This document shows positions 9,996-22,579 of a stretch of 36,012 nucleotides of DNA, piece by piece. Location of the stretch: the NCBI GenBank assembly GCA_000277445.1, contig AJWJ01000015.1, forward strand, positions 1 through 36,012, given 5' to 3'. The notes beneath the pieces were generated by a model. The model was given only the letters and a program-made list of their open reading frames with translations, did not search any database and was not told the DNA's origin. Each line of letters opens with the position of its first letter. Within the stretch, counting starts at the first letter, position 1. The DNA is from Polysphondylium violaceum (taxonomy: Eukaryota). A program made the translations under genes and the position numbers.

Positions 9996-11679
9996 ATGTT
10001 GGAACCAGGTATTATCTTGGAAGAGACAGAAAATGACACTCGTCCACTTTTACAGGAAACTAGTCAAGCCACCTACTATAATAGTGGCAGTAATCCAGAT
10101 TTAACAGGTGCCGCTCCTGGGTCGACATCGGCAAGCAAACCACATATCCCTCACGATCCCTTATCCCCACAACCTTATAAGTTAAGTAGATTTGAAAAAC
10201 TTTCCTATGGTGTGGGCGAGAGTGGTCTATCAGTGTTTCAAATGATCAAGGGTTTCTTTTTAAATTCATTTCTACTAAGTGTTGCTCAACTTGATCCATT
10301 CTACTCGGCAATCATTTTGTTTACCACAAAGTTTGTCGATGCATTTAGTGATATATTAGTTGGAAGTTTTAGTGATAAGACAAAGAGTAGATTTGGTAGA
10401 AGAAGAGTATGGATTTTGTTTGGTTCATTACCTTTGGCCATCTTTTACACAATGTTGTGGTATGTGCCCGACACCAATCAAACACTAAAGGTCATTTATT
10501 ACCAATTTGTCGTCATTGTGCTTAGTGTAGCCTACACTTGTGTGGCTATTCCCTACTCGGCCATGAATGCAGATATTACATCAGACTATGACGAACGTAC
10601 TGAGTTGGCAGGCATTCGTATGATTTCATTAATGATTGGTGGCTTAATAAGTACATTTACACATTCAATCATCATCAAAATATTTAAATCGACCCTCGAT
10701 AATGGAGTCGTAGTTTACGATTTTCAAAAAGGCTATCTATTGTCAGGTGGCATCTGGGGTGGCATTATGCTCATCCCCTTGGCAATAACTTTCTTTGGTA
10801 CAAGAAATATACCAACACAATCATTTAAAGATTCACACATTCCTTTTTTTAAAGGTCTCGTAGTTATGTTTTCAAATCGTGCATTTATTACCGTAACTCT
10901 TTTATATTTCTTTTGTCAAGTAAGTATTAATATTAGTGTATAGTAATGCCATATATAATACTAATCTATTTCATCTATACTTGTATGATTAGATTGCAGT
11001 ACAATTTGTACAAAATAATTTAGTATTATATTGTAAATATGTTGCAAATGCAGAGGATTCGTTCCCTTATATTTTAGCGACATTACAAGTATCTGTATCA
11101 ATATTTATATTTTTTTGGGGTAAGGTGTCAACTTATATTGGCAAAAAGACAGTTTACTATATCGGTGGTGTGTTCTTGTTGGGCGAGTTTATCGGATTAT
11201 ACTTTTTGCCCGCCAACAATAAGTACTTGTTATGGGGTATGGCAGCATTTGGTGGTATCGGTGTATCGGTTGCCTTTCTTATTCCGCTCTCTATGTTGCC
11301 CGATGTTGTCGAACTCGATGAGCTCAAGACTGGTGAGCGTAGAGAAGGTCTTTTCTATAGTTTGTTTTTATTCTTTCAAAAGCTTGGTCTGTCTGTCGGT
11401 TTGGCAGTGAGTAATTTTGCACTTGGTTTGGCAGGATACGAAGCACCCCAAGTTGTCGACGGCACCGATGGTCTATCGACAGAGATCATTGATAACAATG
11501 TCGAGAATCCCGATGTTATCAAAGCACTCCGTTACCTCGTCGGTGTTGTGCCCTCTATTATCGTGTTTTTCAGTTTTATCGCCGTATTCTTTTACCCAAT
11601 CTCTAAAAACTCTCATTCTCATATCAAAGAATTACTAAAAAGAAAAAGAGAGGGTGCTACCATCACTGTCGATGGTTAA
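9996..11679 (+). CDS. MFS_2 / GPH-family (sodium:galactoside-symporter-like, MFSD2-like) membrane transporter; 2 exons: 9996..10919, 10993..11679 (about 536 aa)
   Basis: Exon 1 ORF 9996..10943 contains LSYGVGESGLSVFQMIKGFFLNSFLL and FSDKTKSRFGRRRVWILFGSLP (GPH-family signature region). It ends ...LLYFFCQ at a GTAAGT donor. A 73-nt AT-rich intron ends at TGATTAG. Exon 2 reads IAVQFVQNNLVLYCKYVANAEDSFPYILATLQVSVSIFIFFWGKVSTYIGKK... and continues through ORF 11125..11679 as further transmembrane helices, ending ...KRKREGATITVDG*. Confidence 0.75.
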
Positions 11680-12334
11680 CTACATATATAACAACAAACA
11701 ACAATGATTAAATTAATTTTTTCTTTTTTTTATTTAATTATTTATTTATATTAAATAAATAAATTCTATGCATTTTAAATACTATGCTATTTATATACTC
11801 TATGCCCTATATATCACACACCCCCTCCACATTCATATTTACTTCCTAATTTATTGAGTACTCTTGAACTCTATATGAGGATTTATCCTGTTCATCTTAT
11901 GACAATAAATTATATTAATAACATATCCTCAAAAAATCGTTATTATTGTCAAGATATTTATTTGAAAAATTCCCCATTTTTGTAACTTTGATTGACACAT
12001 TTTTTTTTAAATTAATTAAAAATCCTAAAAGGTGTTGTTTTTGTTTTGTTTTTTTTTTTAAATTAATTAAAAATAAATTTTTTTACTATGTAAGGGACAA
12101 TGTCATGAAATGAATTCATTTCATAGTTGTAATAATAGGTTGTAATATAGTATTTCTTTTTTTTTTATATCTTTATCTCTTTTTTTTTTTTAATTAAATA
12201 TTTGTTTTTTAACTTTATCCCCATTTGATTTATAAATAAAATCGTCGTTAGAAATATTATCCCTATATTACCGAATCATCCATCAAAAAGGTATTGTCAT
12301 TATTATTTATGCAGAAAGTGTAGAGTTTGTCGAC

Positions 12335-12430
12335 AAAAGAGGATGGTGTGTTGGTGTTCTGTTTTATTTTGAGGACAAAAAAAAAGATAGAAAAGGAAAT
12401 GTGTGGGTGTGTGTTTGTGGGGTGAAATGA
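12335..12430. promoter_or_regulatory. GT-rich G-box-like block (GTGTGGGTGTGTGTTTGTGGGGTG) about 200 bp upstream of the trehalose-phosphate synthase ATG
   Basis: ggatggtgtgttggtgttctg ... gaaatgtgtgggtgtgtgtttgtggggtgaaatg lies in otherwise AT-rich spacer. GTGTGGG-type G boxes are the known recognition sequence class of dictyostelid G-box binding factor in developmentally induced promoters. Confidence 0.3.
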
Positions 12431-12600
12431 TTTAATTTATTTATTTATTTAAAATATATAATTCATCATTGTGTTTGTGTAATCATGATAGTATTTTAAA
12501 AATCATTTGCCAATCAGTTGTATTAACAGTTTCTTTACATATATAGTTTTAGATATCAATCACAATTCAATATAAATATAAATATAAATATAAATAATAA

Positions 12601-15128
12601 ATGGAATCCCTTTTACCAAAAGAAAAAGTTAAAAGACTTGTCGTTATTTATCATTCACTTCCAATTAGTAATGGTAAATTAGATTTAAATGGTAAATATA
12701 GTTATCATATACATTAAAAATTAATAATATGCACTAATTAATAACAACCTATGAATAGTTTGTTCTTATCATGATAGAAATTTAGGCTCATTGGCATCTT
12801 CTGTAAAGGCCCTAAAAGATAATAATAGTAAGTATAAATATATTTAAATACTTTTTAAATTGATATCTAATCTATAAATGAAAATATACAGTTGTAAATA
12901 ATCAAATTTGGGTAGGATGTCCAATTAATGATAAATTAAATGGAATAGAAAGTGAATTGGTTAAAGATGATAATTTTGTACCAGTAAACACCATACCTTC
13001 AAAACTATATGAGGACGCATGTGTAAATTTTTCACATAAATATCTTAGACCAGTGTTTCATTATGATATTTCTAGTACAAAGTTTGATGAAAATCATTGG
13101 AGATCATACATCGAGTTTAATATTCAATTTGCAAGAAAGATTCAATCCATTTATCAAGAGGGTGATATATTATGGATACATGGAATTCAATTATTATTGC
13201 TACCACAGTTCCTGAGGGAACTAATACCAACATCAACTGTTGGTCTCTTTCTCCATTGTCCTTTTCCAGCGGTAGAGGTTTATAGATGTCTACCCACTCG
13301 TAAAAAGTTATTATTAGGTATGTTGGGATCAAATCTGATTGCCTTTCAAGCATACTCTTATTCAAGATACTTTGTACAATCGTGCACTAGAATTTTAGGT
13401 TCCCATGTTGGTTTTGATGGTGTAAAGTACCACAATCCCGATACAAACACAGATATGTTGACAAGGGTATCGGTTTTTTCAGAAGGAATAGATCCGAGTG
13501 AAGTCATCAATGCCTTGGCAGTTAAAGAGTCTCAGTTGAGAATCAAGGAGCTAGAAGAGACATTTAAAGGAAAGAAAATCATCATTTCCAAAGACAAGGG
13601 TGACGCTATAGAGGCTACCAAAAACAAATTACTCGCATTTGAAAGAGTATTGAAAAAGAACCCCAACTGGATTGGTCAAGTTGTATTCTTTTTGGTTTGT
13701 GAACCTTATCCCTCGAGTAGTAGTTGTCCGACAAAAAAGGATAAAATCATATCAAACATTAACGAAACCGTCGCTAGAATCAATGGTGAATATGGTGCCG
13801 TTGGTATCATTCCCATTCAGTATATTAATAGAAATGTAGATTTCTCTGAAATGTGCAGTTTATTTCACGTTTCCGATATATTATTGTCCACTCCATTACG
13901 TGAAGGTATGAACCTCGACACCCATGATTTTGTAGTCTCTCACAGAGATAGTTTATCTAAACCAGGTACTGTCATTTTAAGTGAATTTGATGGTGCATCA
14001 CGTTGTTTTGGTGGTGCAAAGTTAGTTAATCCATGGTGTGTAAATCATATTGCACAGGCAATCACCGAGGCATTGGAGCAGAACACAGATGTAGCACAAA
14101 TTAATCATGATCATAATTTAAATTATGTTTTAAACAACACATCATTTCTTTGGGGAGAAGCATTTCTTTATGATATTCTCTCAATTATCCATCAACCAGT
14201 TAATAACCATACCTCTACTCTTTTGGATATCAAATTATTAGACAAATCCTATAGATTGTCAAAAAAGAGATTACTATTGTTTGATTATGACAGTGCATTC
14301 AAAGCTTTATTACCAACCAGTCCCGAGCTACCATCTTCGCTGCCATCGTTTGGTCCCACCAAAAATAATAGTGTTCAAAATAGAATTTCCAATGTTTTAA
14401 AGAAGTTATCCAAAGATCCAAACAATATCATCTATGTCGTTTCTCGAAGAGATAAAGATACCTTGGAAAATGTATTGGAGAATATTCCCGTTGGTCTGAG
14501 CTGTGAAAATGGAAACTTTTTAAAATCTTCCTCTGGTATTCCAGGCCAGGAGGGGGAATGGGAGAATCTATCCGCTGGCCAAGATATGTCTTGGAGAGAG
14601 GTTGTCAGTCAAATTTTAGAACATTTTTGTGAAAGATTACCTGGATCCAATATAACAACAAACACAATCACCCTCTCATTCTCTTATGAACACTGTCAAA
14701 CAGACTACTCATCAGAGGTTGCACAAGAACTACTCACAACCCTCATTGAAGTAGCCACCAAGTCTCCCATCGATATATCTCACAATAACAAAACCATTGA
14801 AATCCAACCTTCTGGTATAGGCAAAGGTTACTCAATGAAAAAAGTATTGGATGAAAATCCATCCATTGATTTCATTCTCTGTGTCGGTGATGAAAAAACC
14901 GATGAAGATCTATTTGACATTCTCGATGATAACAATTCAAGTCATTATTCCATCTCTGTTGGCAAAAAGAAATCCAATGCCAAATATTATGTTCAAGATA
15001 AATCACATGTAATCAAAACTCTAGAAATGATTTCCAATTTCTCTTCTCTCTCTCCACCAAACAATATGTTTACTTTTAGTCAAAAAATATCTTTTTCAAA
15101 AGATTTAACTTATACTTCAACATTTTAA
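12601..15128 (+). CDS. alpha,alpha-trehalose-phosphate synthase (GT20) fused to a trehalose-phosphatase domain; 3 exons: 12601..12691, 12786..12827, 12892..15128 (about 789 aa)
   Basis: Exon 1 reads MESLLPKEKVKRLVVIYHSLPISNGKLDLN(G), the TPS N-terminal 'RLVVVSNRLP'-type strand, with a GTAAAT donor. A 42-nt micro-exon reads GSLASSVKALKDNN. Exon 3 reads IVNNQIWVGCPI...FVPV...FHY..., then LWIHGIQLLLLPQFLRE, VGLFLHCPFPAVEVYRCLPTRKKLLLGMLGSNLIAFQAYSYSRYF (GT20 core motifs). The C-terminal HAD-like TPP motifs are LLLFDYDSA...VVSRRDKDTLE...GDEKTDEDLF. Confidence 0.8.
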
Positions 15129-15356
15129 AATGGATACACAATGTGATCAAAAGAGATATTCAACAATTAGTTTTGGTGAATAAAAAATCTATTGAGCAGT
15201 CTGCCCTTTTTCTTTAGGATATGGTGGTTTTTTTTTGTTTTTTTTTTTTTAGAGAGTGATATATTATATGATTCCAAACGTTACTGACATTTGATTTAAT
15301 ACATATTTTGAAGAAATTTCTATGATGTGGTAAAATAAATAAATTTTATTAAACAT

Positions 15357-18300
15357 TTATCGTTTTAAATAAATTGGAATACCATAAGATATACAAGAGC
15401 CACCGACTAAGTATTTCCATTCACATGATTTTCTTGCTATGGCTAGAGCATAACTAATATCCATATCTTGATTATTTATACTATTGACATCTTTTGGATC
15501 GTATTCATTGAGAAACCAAGTTTTAATAAACGATCGAGTTAATCTATCACAATCAGAGGTGGGCACATCAAATATATTGCCAATTACTGCTTTACTGCCA
15601 GCTAAAAGAAAATCTAGAATAATACCAGTGGGTTCAAATTCGCCTTGTTCTTCTAAATGACCGCTCTTACAACCCATTAGGATTGATACACCACATTTTG
15701 AAAGTTTTTGTATTCTGTCGCCACGGAAATACTGTTCACCCGATCCGTGACCCATATAAAAAAAGATTTCATTGTCTTCCAGTGCATTTTGATATTGAGG
15801 TTTGGTGGGAATTTGCCCAGCAATACCTGCCCAACTTGGAAAATGTTTGTTAAACAATGGAATAAAATAATCTTGAGTTTCGCTCAGACCACCACTTGGA
15901 TTGATAATGTAAAAGAGACTCTTGGTATCGACATATTCTCGTTCTTGTTTACAATGGCCGGTGGTCGAGTCTAGTGTTAAATGTCTTTGGAATGCAAACG
16001 ATGGTACTCTGTATGTAGAGGATTGCGAAAATGGTTCCAAAGTTTCAATTGGAAAACTTTGAAGAACTTTATCGATTATAAAAACAACTGGCATTCTTTT
16101 TTGAGAGAGATAAAGTTTGGCGCAGGTTTCTAAAGTCTTGGGGATCTTGCTGTTACTAATAACGCCAGTAGAGTTGGTGTTGAAACAATTTATAAATTCA
16201 TCGATAAACATTTGTAAAACAAATTCAATTTCGCCTTGATTTGGATGATTATCAAAGGTACTCTGGGTATCATAAACTCCAGTTTTTTCATTCTTTAATA
16301 CGATATTGTTAATTTGAGTCTTGGCATCCAATTTACTGTAACCAAGTAGTTCTATAATCATTTCTATTCGAGTTGTAAATGAAAGGAATGGAAGTGATGT
16401 AAATAAATGATCGAGTAAATTGATGTTGAATGTTGGTGATATTGTGGCTGGGGTTTTTTTACTATTGGTACTATTAGAACAAGGTTGGTTCTTTGGGAAT
16501 GAATATTTAGACAACTCTTGTAAAATGTTTTGTTTTGATTTCTGAACCATTGCAATTACATTGGGATTCATTAATGGTCCAATTAGTAAATGTTTTGAAG
16601 AGCCAATGAGTTGATCGATAGAGTTTAAAATATTTTTCATTTCAAACTCTAATACCTTTCTTCTATAGAACCAAGCTTTTTTAGAATCTTCAGTGTTTGA
16701 AAAGTTTGGTGAGTTTTCTTTGTTATTTAATAAATTTTCAATTTCTATAGTCTTTAATCCACCCTTAATTTTATCTAAAATTGAAAAAGAGATTGTTGTC
16801 ATTTTGGTTTCGCCATCATCTTGATTAATGTCATTATTATTATCATCTTCATCTTCTTCAACTTCTTCATCCTCTTCCATTTCCATCTCCATTTCCATTT
16901 CTTCATCATCATCATCACCATTGTTTTCATGTTCAGGATCATTTTGATTATTATCAATTAATGGAATCTTCACTCTTGATAAAATAGGAACTTGATTATT
17001 TGATAATCTACACAATATTAAATATTCACCCTCGTGTGCAATATTACATGATATCCATTGGGATGGTAGTTCAGTAGAGTAAAGTTTCTTTAGTTGATTG
17101 GTAAATGAGGAATCGGTCAAATTTGAAGGAAGATCCACTCCTCCGTTCCAAGAGAATATTGATTGTCTCATTGCCAAACTTTTCTTATCTTGATTATTAT
17201 TTTGATGATGATGTTGAATAATAGTTTGCATATCATGTCTACTTTTAATACCAATTGCTAAGTCTAAATTATTATTATTAATATTAATATATTATAAGCA
17301 AGAATCAAATATTTAAATTTGTTACATACTTAGGAAATGAGTACCAACAAAAGGATTTTGAGTACCAGTTGACAAACATATATATTTACAAATAGATGCA
17401 TTTAATTTAATTAAATTAAATTTACCAATTCTTTGAAAGGCACGAAGGAATAGTTCACGAGCAGAGGCAATATTTGGATGAGGTTTTGAACTAGTGGTAT
17501 TCGAAGTATAATTATCAAAAGACCAAATCTTTTCATGAACATTTTCATCTACATTATAGAAATAAGCCTTTCCCAAATGGAATTCTAATATGGTCAAGGT
17601 GATATCATTTGGTTTGAATGATGTTGTATTTTGATGAATTAAACGGTCAAGACAATCGATGGCACTTTCGTATTTCTTTTCAAGTATTTGTAACTTTGCC
17701 AATTTACCTTGGATTCTAGGCTCATAGGCCAACAATAATCTATAAGACTTTTGATTTCCTTCATTACTATCTTTGGCTGGTGGATTAATTGGTTGGTTTA
17801 CTAAATGATCAATAGTTTCAACTATGGTAAATTCTTTTAATTTTTGACCACCTCCAACATTATTATTATTATTATTATTATTTACATTTATAGATTTTGA
17901 TGATAAAAGCTTCATAAGTCTGGCTTCCTTTGGAGTACTGTCATTATTTGATTCTTGAATTGATAGACTATTACTAAATTTATCTATTAAACTACTAGTA
18001 TTGTTTTTATCTTGTATAATCTCTAGTGTTTTGTTATAATATTGACAAGACTTTGAAACAAGACCTTGTTTACGATAAAGATCACCCAACAGCATATTTG
18101 AAAGTAATAAACAAACTTTAAGACAATATGGTGATTGTTGTTGCTGTTGATTTGATTGATGTCTATTTAATAGGAATCCGACCAATTCCAAGTTTATCTT
18201 GGAGTCAATAAAGTTGTGCTTATTATAAAATAATTCACCAATCTCTACTAAAAACTCACAGGTGATCTTTAGAGATCCATAAATGATGCCAATCAGTAGA

Positions 18301-21300
18301 CCTCTTTCATAATAGTATTGTGCCTCCTTTGGTCTACCTCTGAGCTCATATATACTTGAAATATGGAGTAAAGAATCCAAACAAATTTTCAATGATGCCC
18401 ATTTTGATGTTGTTATTGTAACACTACTATTGCTGCTGCCATTGTTGAATTGTTTTTGCTTTTTACTTCCACTAGCTGCTTCTTTTAACAAATCTACAGA
18501 TTCCAATGGCATCGTACTAAATATACAATCGATAAGCTTATCGGCAACTTTAAAAGCCATTGCCGAATCTGTTGCCGATATGAATATGTTTGAAGTAATT
18601 TTAGATATCTTCATAAAAGCAGAAATATCAACAAGTTCATTGTTTGTTTCCATTTGCTTAATGAATTGATTATAAAGTTTTTTAATATCTTCACATCTAG
18701 AGGGACATAATTAGTTATAGGCAATGGTTTTAAGAATAATAATAATATACATACAATTGATTGTCATTTGGATTTACAAAATATTTATATTCAGAAAGAT
18801 AGACATAGAATATCATTTGATAGGAATCAAATCTATCGGTAGATAAAATTGGTTGAAAAGAATTTAATAGTGTTTGGGAGAGTTGGAGATAATAGAGGCA
18901 TTGGGTAGTGTTGTTTAATTCCAAATAGCTTGAACTAATTTGATTAAAACATTTAAATGTCTCGGATAAAAACGTCATCGAGTGAGGTGAGAATAGACAT
19001 TTGATCAGTGCAATGACAAGTTTTAAAACAAAGATTGAATTATTATAATCACCTTCAAAACTATATATATCGGCAATATTGTACAAGATAGAGAGGGTTG
19101 TGTGAGGTGAGATAAAGTATTTCAAATTGTTTTGCAACACTGAATAGTTGGCAGTGGTGCCACTTGTTCCTTTACCTGCAGAGAGAACCGGTTTCTCTAG
19201 GGAATCCAATAATTTGCACCAAAGACTAATAGACAAACCAAGCTCTTTGGTGATGGGCGAGGAGGATGATCCAACTGGCGAACGGAATCGATTCGAGTCT
19301 GACGAACGGAGGAAATGTGAGATGGAAAGAGAAGAATTTGCTTTACTACTGTATTTGAATAACTCACTCTCGCTAGAGTCAAAGTAGTCCAAACTACTAT
19401 TCTTTTCGTTTTGGCGTATACTCGACAGAATATCTTTACATTGGTTTTGGTAGAGCTCGAGATGGGTAATTGCTTTCCAGAAATGTAATTTGGCCAATTC
19501 ATTATAGATTGCCGAGTGGAACGGTTGGTCTAAAGAAAGCTGGTTGTTCTTTATCATATCCACAGAGTCTTGGAAATGGTTCTCAATATTCTCTTTGTTA
19601 GGATTGTAAAAACGGAGGATCTTGCCCCTCTCCATGAGATATCTGGCATGAAGAATGGGATATGTGGCACTGGGCAAGTCATTGAGGAATCTATCGATTT
19701 GCAAGAGCAATAGTTGATGAGCATTCTTTTCGCCTCCACCAATAAATTGACTAAAGTTTAACAGCATCATATCGTATACTTGGATTTTAAATTCAATGGT
19801 AAAGGATTCATCGCCAATGGTGATGATATCGTTGATGAGTTTGATCCCATCGAGTGGAGATAAATGAGATCCAAGTTGTTGTTGATTAAAGTCTTCAATC
19901 TGCGCTAAATTTGTATTGAACAAATGGAGTAATGTCAATGAATAGTTTCTAAGAATCTCTTGAAATGGTCTTTGTTGTTGATACTGTTGTTTTGCTGCTG
20001 CCCCACTACGAGTGTCAGGGGACTTTCCACCACTGATTGATTCATAGAGAACTTGATTAAAGTTTGTTTTACCCTTGAAATAGCATTTTATAGACTCGAT
20101 AGCCAAACTATGGGCTTTTTTGAGACCCTCCAAAGACTTGTCCTGCACCTTTAGTCGTATGTAGGATGCATAGAAATAGCAATTGGACAACATCTCCATG
20201 TGATGGAGTGTCTGTTCGGTTGGTGGCTTTCGTAATGTCAATATTCTATTAATGATTTGAATGGATGATTCAATGTATCCTTTGGCAAGACTATAGTCGG
20301 GTGGCTTGATGAGCTTTAAAAAATATGTTCCAAGATTGTACAAATAAGAGGCAAACTCTTCAATGCCTTGTGTATAGTTGAGAACAACGCCACACACCAC
20401 CGAATTGGTTTCCACGAGTTTGGTCTTGAAAGAATCTGTCAACTTTCCATTCATTCTTTTGAAAAGACTATAGATACACAATGAATAGTTTTTAATAAAT
20501 TCCTCTAAACTCCCCTGAACATGTTTGTTGGTGTAGAATTTCTTTGTTGGATTCAGAGTATCAAATGCCTTGAGCCATTTGAGATTCACCACCGATGGAA
20601 TCAAAGTATAGTATTCGTTAAATGTTTCTATTTGTTGACAAATTTCCAATTTTAATGATTTCTTTTCCTCTCCATTATTTTTAGTAAACTTTATGTAGAG
20701 TTGTACAAACTGATCGACAAGACATAAAGTGTGTCCAATGAATTTAATGCTACTAAATTTTGACTCTATTGAATTTTGTGCATCTATTGTAAATTGACTA
20801 TTGACAAATGCTTTTTCTGTAAGTTGATGGGTTGTCAACAGATACTTGTACAATTCTTTTTCTAAATCTGTTGTATCTGGTGATTGATTGTTTTCAATGG
20901 TATTTGTCAATTGGTGTAATAGATAATAACATTGTTGTATCCAACAATGTAATTGACCAATAACCAATTCACATTGATAAAAATTACTCGTTTCATTTGA
21001 TTCTTTTTTCTTTTTTAAATATTGATTTACAATTTCTATTAATTCCTTAGCAATTGTATATTGATTCTATAAAAAGATAATATATTAGTACACATTTTAT
21101 GAATACTAATAATAAAAACAACACATACAGAATCAATGGCAAATGTTGATATTGTACACAAACAATCTATAAATGTTGTATCAACTTTTAAAATATATAA
21201 TGGATCTTCTGGATTTGATTTCAACATTTGAGGGATTACTTGTACTTTTATCATATCTACTATATCATTCAACATTTTCCAACAATTTTTATCTAGAGAA

Positions 21301-22276
21301 TTATTCAATATATTAATATATTTCAATGATGATCAATAACCATACCAATAGTACGAACCATTATAATAATTCTTTTTTTGTAATATCAACAAGAAAATTA
21401 ATAAGCGATCAAAGAATTTAATTGGAGAATCAGATTTTGCCAAAGAATTCCAAGTGACAAAATTGTAATGATAAAATAATAAATCTTTAAACTGAATTGA
21501 ATAGGGCCACTGAGAATCATTCATTCCTATTTTTGATAAAAAGAAGGCACATCGGTTGTAAAATTTAATGAAAAAAGCTTCGTGATACATATTTGGTTTG
21601 TCTGCCAATTCGAATCTACTACTAAACCAACTGTTGTAGTTTTTTATAAACTCGTCCAACATTCTTTCAGAGGTCTCTGAATTATTAAATATATTACTAT
21701 CTTCAAAACACTGCATTTTGAGAAACATTGCGTGTATGCATGTCTTTTCAAAGTAATCTATATTGTTTGGGTGTTTGGATTTCAATGCTGAAAGCAATTC
21801 GATAAACATTGACATTGCTTCAAATGCTTTGGAGTAGAGTTTATTGTCTATCAATATACCACCGACCAGCAACCATTTCTTGTGTGGTGTTGTCGAGTTT
21901 TGCGTGTTGACATACTTTGCCATATTGATTAAAACAACTAATAAACTAGATACCAACACTGAAACCCCGTCTTTGTAGGTCAATGTCTTTGATCCCAAAT
22001 ATTCTGTCAACACCTTTGCTAATCTATCACTAATTGTTAATAATGTTTTTGAGTCACTTGATTAATTGGCAAGTATTAGTATTACGATATTTATAAAGGT
22101 TATTTTGATTATATCTACTTTTGTTTAATTAATTCCAACGACAAATTGTTGAATTTATCTTTCCACTCTAATTCAATATCTGGAATGTTTGATTTTGATT
22201 GAAGTAAAGAAAGAAATTCATTTTTATCTTCAAATATTTTAAATGTAGATTCCACATCTACACTTAAAGATACCAT
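15357..22276 (-). CDS. espl1: Separase (peptidase C50, ESP1/ESPL1 homologue), about 2,100 aa; proposed exons: 22119..22276 (tentative), 21359..22023, 21130..21292, 18755..21066, 17330..18696, 15357..17263
   Basis: The C-terminal exon carries the separase catalytic dyad context FFYMGHGSGEQYF ... VSILMGCKSGHL (His and Cys of caspase-like clan CD). Upstream exons are long alpha-helical (TPR/ARM-like) sequence typical of the separase N-terminal region. Junctions: CAATT|GTATGT...CTCTAG|A; CTAA|GTATGT...ATTTAG|AC; GATTCT|GTATGT...TTTATAG|AAT; AATG|GTTCGT...CTCTAG|AT. The last of these removes the single TGA separating ORFs 21333..22013 and 21039..21326. Phases are consistent throughout. The 5' exon and its GTAGAT donor are weak. 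Confidence 0.7.
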
Positions 22277-22579
22277 TGTTGATATGTATAGACACACACA
22301 CTATAGATATACTAAATATCTATTCTATCTCTGATAAATCAATATCTGTACAAAAATCTTTGTATTTAATTCTGATCAAATGAACACATTATTACTCTTG
22401 AAAAAAAAATGCAAAAAATAAAAAATAAAAAATCTTTTAAATTTTGGCGCAATTCTCAAAATGAATAAGCCAACACTTTAGTTGAAATGATTTGATTTTT
22501 AATGAAAATGTAATTTATTCATTGTAGTCAATAAATTGTAAAGGGGAAATCTAGTTGTTTATTAGATATACATATTTAT

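Noticed and set aside
13117-20000. Antisense or off-frame ORFs within the TPS and separase genes (13117..13365-, 15708..15974+, 16364..16555-, 18430..18669+, 19148..19742 +/-)
   Set aside because: They overlap strongly supported exons on the opposite strand or in another frame and have no motifs.
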